64,000 bases of DNA from Verrucomicrobiota bacterium (GCA_039818205.1 JBCBUK010000002.1:128001-192000); one strand, 5' to 3'; positions 17,192 through 27,261 are shown, counted from the first letter of the stretch. The notes: generated by a model from the sequence alone, not told the origin. A program made the numbers and translations.

Positions 17192-20107
17192 ATGGCTCGG
17201 GTCTTATTCTACAATGATGCTCGGCATGCCTGGCGGCAGACCGCCTTACCTTGGTTTCAGTTTTGGTCGCGCGAGGCTTGGACGCTGCCGCAGCCGATTG
17301 TTTTCCTTGCACCCGATAGTTCGACGATTGCCTGGATAAAGCGTCTCTTGGTAAAGGCGAAAGCACCCGTTGTCGGTGTGGAGTTTATGACGCCTGGTGT
17401 GCTTCGTGGGCACATGCGGGCGATACGCGGTGAAGCCAAGCCGCTTGCTTTGCGGGAGGATCTTCGTTTGTTGATGGAGCTTTCCGCGCTCGAGTTGCCG
17501 AGTAATCCGATAGCGCAATCGACCGCGCGCGATCCTGATGAGTTTCTTCGTCAGTGCGACCAGTTGGATAGTGCAGGATGGGATGCCGAGGCACTTGAGC
17601 TTCCCGAGGCTCGCGATCTTGCGCTGCATTATGAAAAGAAAATTTCGGGCGTTGGTCTGGAGACAATCGCGATGGCGGACCGCACTATCGCGCGGGGTAT
17701 GGATGGGGCGGTTCCACCGTTTGCGCAGATACTCGCTTTCGGGTTCGGATCCCGGCATGCGGAAAGTCTGAATCTTCTGCGCGCTCTACCTGGAGCGTCG
17801 ACTTCAGTGGTTTATTGCCTGGCAAACTCGGGCGACCGCGAAGAGTCTTTGCTTTGGCGATCGACGATGGAGGAGCTTGGCGATGTTGATGACATTCCAG
17901 AGGAGGTCGCTGATCTGCCCTTTGCTGATTGGGCTGCGGCTGCCAAGGATTTTCGCCATGAGCCCAGTTTGGAGGTTTCGCCAGAAGTATTGGTGGCAGG
18001 GAGTTGTTTTGCTGAGGCTGCAGCCGTGGTCCGGCAGATTCAGCACTGGCTTGATCAAGCGATTGCGCCAGATCGTATAGGCATCGTTTTTGCCCGCGGC
18101 GGATTGCCGATTGCGCGCGAGGTTACTCGGATGCTTTATGGTGCAAAAATCGCCCATCAGGATGAAATCGGTTTTCAGCCTGGTCGCAGCACGGCTCACC
18201 GATTGTTCGATGCTTGGGTCTCGTATCAGGAGAATGCGGATGCTGATTCAGCGCGCCGCCTGTTTCGTGAACTGCGTCGCAATGGCCACTTGAGCGACGA
18301 GGATGAGCGTGTTGTCCGGTCAGGTCTTGAGGCCGCGTTCTACGATGCGATGACGGCAGATCTCGCTGTGTTGCGCCCATTGATTTCCCGCCAGAGAAAT
18401 GGTGCCGCTGCATCGGAGCTGCTGGATCGGTGGCCGCTTCTGTCCGAGCGAGCCACCTTCGGCCAGTTTTGTGAATTGGTTTTGCCGGTGTTGGAGAGGA
18501 TTCGTTGGCCGGATCGGCTGGATGCTCTGGGGATTCGTAGTGAGGCGCTCGCGGTTGGCCTCGACGGGGATATCCCTCGTTCCGTATTCCTGCGTTGGCT
18601 CTCCGAGGTCTGCCGCATCCCTGGGAGAACGCGTGATTCGCTTGGTCGCGAGGCGTTCGCATCGGTCGTTTTGACGACGGTTGAACGTGCCGCTGGGCAG
18701 TCTTGGAGCCATCTCGCTTTTGTTGGATTGTGTCGTGGAGACTGGCCGCCAGACCGCAGTGACGGCATAGCTCTTGGGCCAGCTCGCTGCGCCGAACTCA
18801 ATCGAAGGAGTCAGGTGCCGAGCCGAGTGGGGCAGGGGCAACGCGTCCTGCGGCCAGAAAAAACCTGGTTAGCGTCGGTTGCTGATGAGCAGGCCCGCTT
18901 CAATGACGCGTGCTATTCCCTCTTGGGCTCGGTTCATGAATGCGTTTTTCTAAGTGCACACCTTGAAAAAGCTGATGATCCGGGCCGGGAGAATGACCTG
19001 GCAGACTGGTTGCTGCGACTCATTTTCGCAGTTCATGGGCGGTTGCCTGGAGAGAACGAGGTGCGGTCGGCTGCGAAGGTACATTTTTCGGAGGATCATG
19101 AAAAACCAATCAAAGTTCCTTATCCTAAATTGAATCGCGTATGGCGAGATCGGCGAAATCCTAATGAAGCATTTGGCGAGTATAACTTTGGGTTTTCCGA
19201 GTGTCTTGAGGAAGCAATTGCTTTGTCATGCAAAGCTTGGGAGGAGGCTGTCAGGCGTCCGGCGAATGCTTGGTATCGCTATATTTTGCACCTTGAGCCA
19301 AGTCGTGAATTTGGTCGAGTTGATGCGCGTTCTCGAGCGATTGGTGTCTGGGCGCATGACTGGGTCATGGTGCCGAGAGGTCGTGAAGCGTTCCTTGCCT
19401 GCCCCGATAGTGATTCCTGGGTGGAGCAGACTGAACGGCAAGCGCATCGTGTGCGACAGCAGGTAGGCGAGGCCTATGGTCTGGCGGGGCGTCAACTGCC
19501 TGATTGGTGGCTAATGGATTGGTCGCTCGCTCGTCGTTTCGCGCTCCAGTTCGTGGAGTCTGGTTCCGGCTTGGATTGGCCGAGTCATGCCGGCGAGTGG
19601 AGCTTGCCACGCCGTCCGATCAAAATTGCTGGTCATCCACTCGAAGGGCTCGTGTTGAGTGGGCGGATCGACCTGCTGCTGGCGGATGCCTCGGCACCAA
19701 CGATGAATGAGCTCCCTGGTGCCTTTTGGCCGCCGGAGGTTGGTGCCTGGGTTTTCGATTTCAAAACAGGCGGCGACAAGCCGCTTACCGTTAAGCAGCT
19801 GCAGAAAGGTGAAGGCCTGCAGTTGGCCTTGTATGCTTTGGCGCTCCACGCTATGGGTGCGGAGAAGGTTCAGGTCTCCGTTGTTCGCCCGGGGGATCAG
19901 GTGGAGGCACAAGTTAGCCTCGAGTCTTTGCTCATGCAAAATGAGCTGTGGGACGGCTTGCGGGCAATGGCCTACAGTGGGCGTTTTGGCTCCCGTGCCG
20001 GGGAATCATCGGACTACGCCTATACGGGCGAGTTTCCGATTGCGAATATCCCGATCAAGAAATCTATCTTGGATGCTCAGTGGAAGCTGACGCATCCCGC
20101 CCTATGA
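17192..20107 (+). CDS. AddB/RexB-like protein: inactive helicase-like region plus C-terminal PD-(D/E)XK nuclease
   Basis: 971 aa; LSGRIDLL...FDFKTG...LQLALYAL RecB-type nuclease motifs; no Walker A seen. Confidence 0.75.
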   Translation: MARVLFYNDARHAWRQTALPWFQFWSREAWTLPQPIVFLAPDSSTIAWIKRLLVKAKAPVVGVEFMTPGVLRGHMRAIRGEAKPLALREDLRLLMELSALELPSNPIAQSTARDPDEFLRQCDQLDSAGWDAEALELPEARDLALHYEKKISGVGLETIAMADRTIARGMDGAVPPFAQILAFGFGSRHAESLNLLRALPGASTSVVYCLANSGDREESLLWRSTMEELGDVDDIPEEVADLPFADWAAAAKDFRHEPSLEVSPEVLVAGSCFAEAAAVVRQIQHWLDQAIAPDRIGIVFARGGLPIAREVTRMLYGAKIAHQDEIGFQPGRSTAHRLFDAWVSYQENADADSARRLFRELRRNGHLSDEDERVVRSGLEAAFYDAMTADLAVLRPLISRQRNGAAASELLDRWPLLSERATFGQFCELVLPVLERIRWPDRLDALGIRSEALAVGLDGDIPRSVFLRWLSEVCRIPGRTRDSLGREAFASVVLTTVERAAGQSWSHLAFVGLCRGDWPPDRSDGIALGPARCAELNRRSQVPSRVGQGQRVLRPEKTWLASVADEQARFNDACYSLLGSVHECVFLSAHLEKADDPGRENDLADWLLRLIFAVHGRLPGENEVRSAAKVHFSEDHEKPIKVPYPKLNRVWRDRRNPNEAFGEYNFGFSECLEEAIALSCKAWEEAVRRPANAWYRYILHLEPSREFGRVDARSRAIGVWAHDWVMVPRGREAFLACPDSDSWVEQTERQAHRVRQQVGEAYGLAGRQLPDWWLMDWSLARRFALQFVESGSGLDWPSHAGEWSLPRRPIKIAGHPLEGLVLSGRIDLLLADASAPTMNELPGAFWPPEVGAWVFDFKTGGDKPLTVKQLQKGEGLQLALYALALHAMGAEKVQVSVVRPGDQVEAQVSLESLLMQNELWDGLRAMAYSGRFGSRAGESSDYAYTGEFPIANIPIKKSILDAQWKLTHPAL

Positions 20108-20174
20108 CGGTCAACCGCCAGAGGTTCCTCGTGAATATCACCAGGGCTCTAGCGATTGACCGGTCCTTGAATAG

Positions 20175-20597
20175 TTAGGCAGTAGCTGGTTCGGCCGCGA
20201 CCAAGCCAGCAAGCTCTGGCTTCTCAGCTTGAAAGCGACCGTAAATATAGATTTCAACCTCTTCAGGCTTGAAGTCGTTCGGCAAACTCTCGGGCCGAAT
20301 CTTAAAGTCAAGCGCATCTGCGAGGCGCACTCGATTACTATCACGGCAGACAACAACAGCTCGTTGCGAATCGCGGGGTAGCATGTAACAAGTGCGGTGT
20401 CCGGGCACTTCAAGTGCCTCGATTTCATGGTTGTCTAGTAGTAAGCGAATGTTCCGATAGACGGTCGCTATGCCTAGACCAGGGACTTCGCTAGCAGCGA
20501 AGTCGCGTATTTCTTTGGGTGTCAGCGGATGGCGTGCCCGATTAAGGGCGGCCAGGATCGCTGCACGTTGTTTGGTATCCCGAAAACTCTTAGCCAT
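20175..20597 (-). CDS. Fur family transcriptional regulator with degenerate metal sites
   Basis: TKQRAAIL...PLT..EI...GLGIATVYRNI winged helix; His-rich and CxxC motifs absent. Confidence 0.8.
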   Translation of the reverse strand: MAKSFRDTKQRAAILAALNRARHPLTPKEIRDFAASEVPGLGIATVYRNIRLLLDNHEIEALEVPGHRTCYMLPRDSQRAVVVCRDSNRVRLADALDFKIRPESLPNDFKPEEVEIYIYGRFQAEKPELAGLVAAEPATA

Positions 20598-20748
20598 ACC
20601 TTAAATTTGTATTTTACGGAACTGACCAAGAGCAAATTGATTTTAAGCAGTCAGCTACCGAAAACCCATACATAATTGGGGTTATTGCGAACGCCTAATC
20701 GATTTTGCACCAAGATTTAAGGGCTTGGTGCTAATTGGCATGGAAAAC

Positions 20749-21240
20749 TTACGAAAATGGGCGGCTAATACTATACCAGTTGATGATCCAAACTCCCGCC
20801 GATCGACGGGTTGCGAAGGTCGAGCCTCGCTCTAGGCACAAGAGGCCGGTCTTTTTGAAGTCGATGCAATCTGCGTTGGGGTCGCCGGTGATCAGCCACG
20901 CGGCAAGGATACTTAGGTGCGGATTGTGGCCGACAAACATTAGGTCGGAGTTGGCTTCTCTCAGCCACTCGCCCAGGAGCATCGGGTTGTCTTCAGGGGC
21001 GAGGCCCTCACGCTCGATCAATGGCTGCTCCAAGCCTAGGCCACTCCGGAAAAGCTGGGCAGTCTGTTTTGCTCGTACGAGTGTGCTGTGGTGGATGGAT
21101 TCTAGTTGGCTGAATTCCTTAGCCTTTAGGTGGCCACATAGTTTTTCGATCGAACGTTCGCCCTTTGGCGTTAGCTCGCGCTGTGAATCATTCGGGGCGT
21201 CGTAGGAGGCTTCCGCGTGCCGCAACAGATAGAGTCTCAT
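20749..21240 (-). CDS. sixA: Phosphohistidine phosphatase SixA
   Basis: MRLYLLRHAEA, RELTPKG, STLVRAKQTA, VGHNP. Confidence 0.9.
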   Translation of the reverse strand: MRLYLLRHAEASYDAPNDSQRELTPKGERSIEKLCGHLKAKEFSQLESIHHSTLVRAKQTAQLFRSGLGLEQPLIEREGLAPEDNPMLLGEWLREANSDLMFVGHNPHLSILAAWLITGDPNADCIDFKKTGLLCLERGSTFATRRSAGVWIINWYSISRPFS

Positions 21241-21292
21241 GGCATTTTGATAGCGGCTTAGAATTTGTGGCACAAACCTTTACCGTGCAAAG

Positions 21293-21700
21293 TTACTCGT
21301 CTTCGTCGGTTGGGATTGCGTCGGTTTCGTTCGCGGGTAACTCGTGGGGGAGCACAACGTAGTAGGTCATTAACCATAGGCTCCAAGCATAGGGATAGAT
21401 GAGCGGCGGTACGACTAATGCGGTAGCGGCACAGAGAAAAGCCAGTGTGCTCGCGGAAATTATCTCGAGGAAGAAGAGCGTGAAGAAGAGCGGGAAGAAC
21501 CCGAACACCGTCAGGCCATAGTTCCAAACCATAGCGCCAAGAAAAAAGCCCTCGCTTCGGGCTAGCTTCATCGCGCATTGCGGGCAGCGATAGTGAAGTC
21601 GGAACCACGAGCGGAATATTGGTCGCGCCCCGCAATTTGGACATTGGCTACGCAATCCCCGCACCAGGATTTGAAGTCGGCTTACGGCTTCCGGCTGCAT
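21293..21700 (-). CDS. DUF983 family zinc-ribbon membrane protein
   Basis: RGL..QCPNCG..IF...CPQC...EGFFLGA followed by two TM helices. Confidence 0.8.
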   Translation of the reverse strand: MQPEAVSRLQILVRGLRSQCPNCGARPIFRSWFRLHYRCPQCAMKLARSEGFFLGAMVWNYGLTVFGFFPLFFTLFFLEIISASTLAFLCAATALVVPPLIYPYAWSLWLMTYYVVLPHELPANETDAIPTDEDE

Positions 21701-21803
21701 GGGGAAACTATTGCGCTATTCGACAATTGATCAATCTAACTCCGTTATCCTGGGAGGGGGAGGGGGAGGCGCGTATTGCTGTAAGCGCTCCTGCCGGTTG
21801 ATA

Positions 21804-22703
21804 CTAGTTGATCCGTTGCTCCATGTAGCGCGCCAATTCGATCAGAACACGATTGTTCCCGCCGAGGCGCTCGAAGCGCGATATGGCCTCTTCAGTGTGT
21901 TCCTTGGCTTTGGCACGAGAGGTCTCGAGACCGTAGAGGGCTGGATAGGTCATCTTATTGTTCTCGGCGTCGGCGCCAACGGGTTTGCCCATGGTTTCGG
22001 CATCGGAGGTAGCATCCAAAATATCGTCGATGATTTGGAAGGCTAAGCCGACGTGTTTTCCGGCCTCGCGCATGATTGCAACATTCTCCGGAGTGGCGTC
22101 GGTTAGGCGATAGCCCATCGTCAAGCTCGTGGTGATCAATGCGCCGGTTTTATTCAGATGGATAAATTCGAGACGCTCTTCAGTCGGTTCGTCACGCTCG
22201 CCGAGAAGGTCTTCCATTTGGCCACCAATCAGTTTCTCGCTCCCAGCGGCGTCGCCCAGGTCGTGTACAAGGTCAATGGCCAGGGCTGGATCGTAGCGGT
22301 ATTTGTCGGCAAGGATCCACAGGGCGTAGGTCAACAATGCATCGCCCGCGAGGAGGGCGGTCTCCTCGTCGTATTTCTTGTGGCAGGTGGGGCGTCCGCG
22401 GCGTAGATCGCTGTCATCCATGCAAGGCAGGTCGTCATGGATCAGGCTGTAGGTGTGCAGGCACTCGATGGCCACACAGGCAGGCATTGGATCGTGGGGT
22501 GATTCAAATAGCTCGTTCGCGGCGAGGATCAAGCAGGGCCTCAGGCGCTTTCCTCCAGCATGCAGGCTGTAGCGCATGGCGTCATGTAAAACCGCTGGTC
22601 GGGTGTCGGCGGGAGGGGTGAGATCATTCAGCGCTTGCTCTACGCGCTCGCGGTAGTCCTTTATCGTTGCTTTGAAATCCATTGGAGTGATGATCTTCTG
22701 CAT
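21804..22703 (-). CDS. ispA: Polyprenyl (farnesyl/geranylgeranyl) diphosphate synthase
   Basis: GGKRLRP, SLIHDDLPCMDDSDLRRG, KTGAL, FQIIDDILD; alternative start 22682. Confidence 0.92.
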   Translation of the reverse strand: MQKIITPMDFKATIKDYRERVEQALNDLTPPADTRPAVLHDAMRYSLHAGGKRLRPCLILAANELFESPHDPMPACVAIECLHTYSLIHDDLPCMDDSDLRRGRPTCHKKYDEETALLAGDALLTYALWILADKYRYDPALAIDLVHDLGDAAGSEKLIGGQMEDLLGERDEPTEERLEFIHLNKTGALITTSLTMGYRLTDATPENVAIMREAGKHVGLAFQIIDDILDATSDAETMGKPVGADAENNKMTYPALYGLETSRAKAKEHTEEAISRFERLGGNNRVLIELARYMEQRIN

Positions 22704-22718
22704 ATAAAGCGGCACGGT

Positions 22719-23330
22719 ATGGCAAGCATTGAAAGAATAGGCGAGCGCATTTTTCAACAGGAGGGTGGTCTGATGAGACTGCTGATCGGCGGAGCATTTT
22801 GCTTATCCGTGGTCGGTCTGCCACTCGCTTTCGGCTATTTGTTTGCGTATGCCTTCGCACTCAAGTCGGATCCCTTTGCTCCCTTGCCCCCTTGGGAACG
22901 GTGGACCCAGATGTTTATCGTTGGCCTTCATGCGTTGGCAGTTTTCTTGGCGTGGTTTGGAATTCCGTTCCTGGCAGCCTTGGTGTTGTCGGGAATTTTC
23001 GCGCTGGCTCCGGGAGGAGTGCTCGACATTTTTGCCTGGCTTGCGATCGGCGTTGCCGAGGTATTCGGGCTATGCCTTTTTGTTTCGGCGATGATCCACT
23101 ATCAGCGGATTCGTGAATGGCGTGCGCTCATTGAATTTGAGTCCATTTTTAAGCCACTGGAGCGCCATTGGAAGAAGCTTATTGTTCCGTGCCTGGCTTG
23201 GCTCGGCTTCATGACTCTCGGGCTTCCGCTCCTGCCGTTCACCTTTTTTCTTGGCATCACGGTGTTCCTTGCCTACGCGGTTCCTTTGCTTTCAAGACTG
23301 GACGCAATCGAAATGCAGAGTAACCCGTAA
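22719..23330 (+). CDS. DUF4013-like integral membrane protein
   Basis: LLIGG...GY...LPPWERW..MF..G pattern; several TM helices. Confidence 0.65.
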   Translation: MASIERIGERIFQQEGGLMRLLIGGAFCLSVVGLPLAFGYLFAYAFALKSDPFAPLPPWERWTQMFIVGLHALAVFLAWFGIPFLAALVLSGIFALAPGGVLDIFAWLAIGVAEVFGLCLFVSAMIHYQRIREWRALIEFESIFKPLERHWKKLIVPCLAWLGFMTLGLPLLPFTFFLGITVFLAYAVPLLSRLDAIEMQSNP

Positions 23331-23339
23331 GATTAGACA

Positions 23340-23639
23340 ATGCCAACGTATGACTATTATTGTTCCGCGTGTGAGGCGGAATTTGAGTATTTTCAATCCA
23401 TGAAGGATGATCCGCTTACCAAGTGCCCGGAGTGCGAGAAATCGGGCAAGGTCAAGCGATTGATCAGTTCCGGCGCGGGCATCATTTTTAAAGGAAGCGG
23501 ATTCTACGAGACTGACTATAAGAGCAAGAGTGCTCCCAAGGGGGGCGAATCTGAAAAGTCGTCCTCCGGTGAGTCCACAAAATCCGAGAGTAAGCCTGCG
23601 AAAGATTCGTCAAAAAAGGCCTCTCCTTCAACGGATTAG
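23340..23639 (+). CDS. FmdB family zinc-ribbon regulatory protein
   Basis: MPTYDYYCSAC...CPEC...FKGSGFYETDY with a low-complexity Ser/Lys tail. Confidence 0.9.
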   Translation: MPTYDYYCSACEAEFEYFQSMKDDPLTKCPECEKSGKVKRLISSGAGIIFKGSGFYETDYKSKSAPKGGESEKSSSGESTKSESKPAKDSSKKASPSTD

Positions 23640-23739
23640 ATAGCTCACTTCTGCATTGGCAATCCCCGGATTTCCCTCATAATTTGGTTCTTATCTAGTC
23701 GGCTCATTGTCGACATGTCTCATCTTCAAGCGTTCTATC

Positions 23740-24423
23740 ATGCCCAAAAAGAAGAAACAGAAGAAGGAATCAGAAGGAAATATGCTGGGTGCGGCCATTG
23801 TTGGAGTGGTGGTTGCCATTTTCGGTATGTTCCTCGGCATCGGAACTTTGGCATTGGAGGATGTTAAGGAAGTTCGGGATATGCCGGCTGAGGACAAGAT
23901 TACGCCCGACACCGTATATTACGTGATCGGCAAGGACAAGGGTAGTGCCTACAAGGGAGACGAGCAGGCGTTTCTCGACGGAAAAGTCGGTATCATTCGG
24001 ATGACCGAAGAAGAGCTTAACGATTGGGCAGGTGACAACTTTAAATTTGGGCGCCCGAAGCCCGGCGAGGAGCAGGGTGGATTCATTACCTTGCGCCCCT
24101 CAACCCCCAATTTCCGAATCCAAGAGGGTGTCCTTCAGGTCGGGATGAGTGTTGAGGTGATCGCTTTCGGAAAAAATTACAAAGTTCGCTACCAAGCAAA
24201 GGGCAATCAATTCATCGACGATGGCCTTGGTTTTGTCTTTAAGCCAGATATTGCTTACCTGGGTTCAGCTCAGTTGCCCCCGGTTGTGGTTTCGGGGTCA
24301 TTGGCTGACATGTTGTTCCAGGTCTTTGAGCAGTCAGAGCAGTATGCTAAGTTCAACGAGGCTTGGCGCGGACTCTCGAATGTGGCAGTCGAGGGGAACG
24401 AGCTCGTGCTCGTCCGAGAGTAG
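23740..24423 (+). CDS. Hypothetical membrane-anchored protein
   Basis: Basic N-terminus, one TM helix, globular remainder. Confidence 0.75.
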   Translation: MPKKKKQKKESEGNMLGAAIVGVVVAIFGMFLGIGTLALEDVKEVRDMPAEDKITPDTVYYVIGKDKGSAYKGDEQAFLDGKVGIIRMTEEELNDWAGDNFKFGRPKPGEEQGGFITLRPSTPNFRIQEGVLQVGMSVEVIAFGKNYKVRYQAKGNQFIDDGLGFVFKPDIAYLGSAQLPPVVVSGSLADMLFQVFEQSEQYAKFNEAWRGLSNVAVEGNELVLVRE

Positions 24424-24445
24424 TTTGTTCATCAATTCTTGGCTA

Positions 24446-25576
24446 ATGATTCGGCGGGCAAGTATTTTCCTCTCCATCTTGCTTTCCCTAGTCGGAATTC
24501 AGGCTGACGCCCAGCAGGTCGATGTCCTTGAGCGAACCAGCCGCGATGGGCTGTTTCAGGTTGTGGGAACGGATTTTGCCGGTCTGCAGACCGTTGGGGC
24601 AATGACCGATCAGATGGAGCGACTTGGTTTGACCTATTTTCCGGAAACTCGCGCGATTCCGGCCTCCATGCGGGTCACCTTGTTGTCGGACCCGAAATTT
24701 GAAGAACCCTATCGAATCAATCCGCAACCGAATGGGAACTATTTCGTGTACATTGCCTGGACCGGCGATACACGCTTCCGCGATGTCTGCCAAGCCCTTG
24801 CAAGCGTTTACATCCGCCGTGCGGCCGTTTGGCGCTATGGGCAGTCGGCTGGTCCGCAAGCACCTCATTGGCTCGAACTTGCCTTCGGCCAGCTGCTGGA
24901 ATCATCGATCCGTCCCGGATATGCAGATACGCAGAGGGAGAAGGCTCTAGTCCGCCCGCCCTTGGGTTTGGAAGAGCTTTTGACTGTCCGCGGCCCCTTT
25001 GGCCTGGAGCAGGAGAAAGTCGCCTTGAATGCGGTATGGCTCTTTCGCCTACTAGAAAATCGGATTTCCGATCGCACCCTGTTTCGAAAGGTCTTAGCGG
25101 CATTTCTGAAAAATCTAAACCCGGCATATATAATGGTGAAGGCATTCCCCGGTCGATTTGAGGACAGGGAGGAGATGGAGATGTGGTGGGCCGTGGGCTT
25201 CCAGTCGATGACGCGGAGCCGCGAGACGCCGTTCTTCAATATGGAGCAGTCGCGCGAGTTGATCCGCAGTTTGGCGATCGTGACGGCCGATGTCGGCGGC
25301 CAGGACCGGCGTATGGCTGGGTTGAGCCTGTGGGAGCTGCGGGATGTGCCAACGGTCGAGGTGGCAACCTTGCAGCGGCATCGTGAGGTTAAACTGGAGA
25401 TCCAGCGCGTCAACCCGGTGTATTATAACGCAATGCTCTCGCTTGGGTTGTTTTTTGAAACCGCATTGAATGCGGAGCAACAGCAAATCGTGAACGCACA
25501 GCACGATCGATTTCTTTCCGATTATCGCGACGCTCAAGAGCTCGAACTCGAAGTTAAGCGCCTACTTCGGTGGTAG
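24446..25576 (+). CDS. Hypothetical secreted protein
   Basis: Signal peptide MIRRASIFLSILLSLVGIQADA; start 24446 avoids overlap with the upstream gene. Confidence 0.7.
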   Translation: MIRRASIFLSILLSLVGIQADAQQVDVLERTSRDGLFQVVGTDFAGLQTVGAMTDQMERLGLTYFPETRAIPASMRVTLLSDPKFEEPYRINPQPNGNYFVYIAWTGDTRFRDVCQALASVYIRRAAVWRYGQSAGPQAPHWLELAFGQLLESSIRPGYADTQREKALVRPPLGLEELLTVRGPFGLEQEKVALNAVWLFRLLENRISDRTLFRKVLAAFLKNLNPAYIMVKAFPGRFEDREEMEMWWAVGFQSMTRSRETPFFNMEQSRELIRSLAIVTADVGGQDRRMAGLSLWELRDVPTVEVATLQRHREVKLEIQRVNPVYYNAMLSLGLFFETALNAEQQQIVNAQHDRFLSDYRDAQELELEVKRLLRW

Positions 25577-25615
25577 GGGCTGTCAGGATCTCGAATCCAA
25601 GGCGACAGAAGTATC

Positions 25616-26278
25616 ATGAGTAATAAACGTTTCCATATCCTCCAGGGCGGAAAAACGCTGTTCGCATTTGCGGCGCTCCTGCCCATGTTGTTGATTACCG
25701 CGTGCGCTGACGATAAACCAACCACCACCATGTCCGATAAGCCTAAAGCCACCACCGACATCAACCCTGAGAACCTTGAAACCGCAACTTTTGGGGCGGG
25801 CTGTTTCTGGTGCACGGAGGCCGTTATGGAGCGCCAAGAGGGGGTTTATGATGTGGTCTCTGGTTACATGGGAGGACACACGCTCAATCCCACTTATAAG
25901 GAAATTTGCACGGGGCAGACCGGGCATGCCGAGGTCATTCAGGTGAAGTTTGATCCGGCGATCATCTCATACGAAGAATTGCTCAGCGTCTTCTGGGCCA
26001 TGCACGATCCGACCACGCTGAATCGGCAGGGAGCCGACGTTGGCACACAGTATCGCTCGGCGATCTATTATTATAGTGATGAGCAGCTGGAGAAGGCCAA
26101 GAAGTCCAAAAGCCTTGCTCAAAAGCACTTTAATGACCCGATTGTGACTGAAATTACGCCCGCTGAGGAATTTTACGTCGCTGAAGTGACTCATCAGGAT
26201 TATTACAACGAGAATCGCAATGCCGGTTATTGCCGCTATGTGATCGCACCCAAGCTCAAGAAGCTCGGTTTAGAGTAG
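25616..26278 (+). CDS. msrA: Peptide methionine sulfoxide reductase A with lipoprotein-like leader
   Basis: GAGCFWCTE, SGYMGG, GHAEV, HDPT.LNRQG.D.GTQYRS, AE..HQDYY; lipobox-like ITAC. Confidence 0.93.
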   Translation: MSNKRFHILQGGKTLFAFAALLPMLLITACADDKPTTTMSDKPKATTDINPENLETATFGAGCFWCTEAVMERQEGVYDVVSGYMGGHTLNPTYKEICTGQTGHAEVIQVKFDPAIISYEELLSVFWAMHDPTTLNRQGADVGTQYRSAIYYYSDEQLEKAKKSKSLAQKHFNDPIVTEITPAEEFYVAEVTHQDYYNENRNAGYCRYVIAPKLKKLGLE

Positions 26279-26316
26279 CCGATTTGTAAGAGAATTGTTT
26301 GTGGGCTCTGAAAAAA

Positions 26317-26355
26317 CATTGCAAAAGCATTGCAAAAATAATGCAGACATTGCAA
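26317..26355. promoter_or_regulatory. Repeated CATTGCAA/TGCA elements, candidate enhancer sites
   Basis: CATTGCAA at 26317, 26328 and 26348; TGCA at 26320, 26331, 26342 and 26351. Confidence 0.5.
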
Positions 26356-26439
26356 TTCAAGAGCCCGCGGAAATGATGGTTATTTTTTTGAATGTTTATT
26401 TCGTTGTTTGTAAACGACTTGTGAAACTGGCATAACACA

Positions 26440-26455
26440 TGGCACCGGCTCTGCT
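26440..26455 (+). promoter_or_regulatory. Sigma54 (-24/-12) promoter for fliA
   Basis: TGGCAC-CGGCT-CTGCT versus consensus TGGCAC-N5-TTGCW, 41 bp before the ATG. Confidence 0.65.
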
Positions 26456-26496
26456 ATAAGAATGGCATCACCTAATTTTTAACCGGAGCCGTAGCC

Positions 26497-27261
26497 ATGT
26501 ATGCTGAACACCCAATTTCCGATCCGTCCACGATCGACACCCAAACATTCGACCGCAACGCGCTGATCAGTCAGCACTACCCACTCGTCCGCTCAATCGT
26601 TAACAGCATGTTGGCACACCTGCCGGCTTGTGCGGATGCAGACGAGCTCCACAGTGTCGGCGTTACCGGTCTGATCGCAGCAGTCGATCGTTACAAGCCA
26701 GAGCACGCCGCGACCTTCCGCTCCTATGCCGGCACCCGTATCCGGGGCGCGATCCTCGACGAGCTTCGCCGGATGGACGCCTTGCCTCGCACCCGCCGTG
26801 CAAAAGTAAGACGCATGCGCGAAACCGTCGAGAAGCTTGAGCAGCAGTATGGCCGTGCTCCGACCGATACCGAAATCGCAAAGTCGCTGAATTTGTCCCC
26901 GAAACAGTATGACCGTTTTCGCCAAGGTGCTGAGCCGGTTCACTTTGTTTCACTGGACCAATCTCACCGTTCGGCGAATGAAGACGAACCGAATTTACAC
27001 GAGACGATTGCAGACGATCGCGCCGAGCCCGTTTTCGATAAAATGGAGCACAACGAGTTGGTCAAAGAAGTAATCGAAATGATTCAAGATCTTCCTGAGC
27101 GCCAACGCTCGATCTTGATTCAGTATTACTATGAAGGTAAGCGCTTGGCCGAGATTGCAGAAACCTATGGCGTTACCGAAGCCCGGATTTGCCAAATTCA
27201 TACCCAGGCGGTCGCGAAACTGCGCCGAGCACTTAACTCAGCAGCGACCGTTTCTGCCTGA
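26497..27261 (+). CDS. fliA: FliA/WhiG family sigma factor (sigma28)
   Basis: GLIAAVDRY, RIRGAILDELRRMD..PR, region 4 LAEIAETYGVTEARICQIHTQA. Confidence 0.9.
   Translation: MYAEHPISDPSTIDTQTFDRNALISQHYPLVRSIVNSMLAHLPACADADELHSVGVTGLIAAVDRYKPEHAATFRSYAGTRIRGAILDELRRMDALPRTRRAKVRRMRETVEKLEQQYGRAPTDTEIAKSLNLSPKQYDRFRQGAEPVHFVSLDQSHRSANEDEPNLHETIADDRAEPVFDKMEHNELVKEVIEMIQDLPERQRSILIQYYYEGKRLAEIAETYGVTEARICQIHTQAVAKLRRALNSAATVSA

Noticed and set aside
11351..20107. MTase plus PD-(D/E)XK nuclease as a restriction-modification pair
   Set aside because: They are separated by nrdA and a terminator, and the nuclease has AddB-like size and RecB-type motifs.
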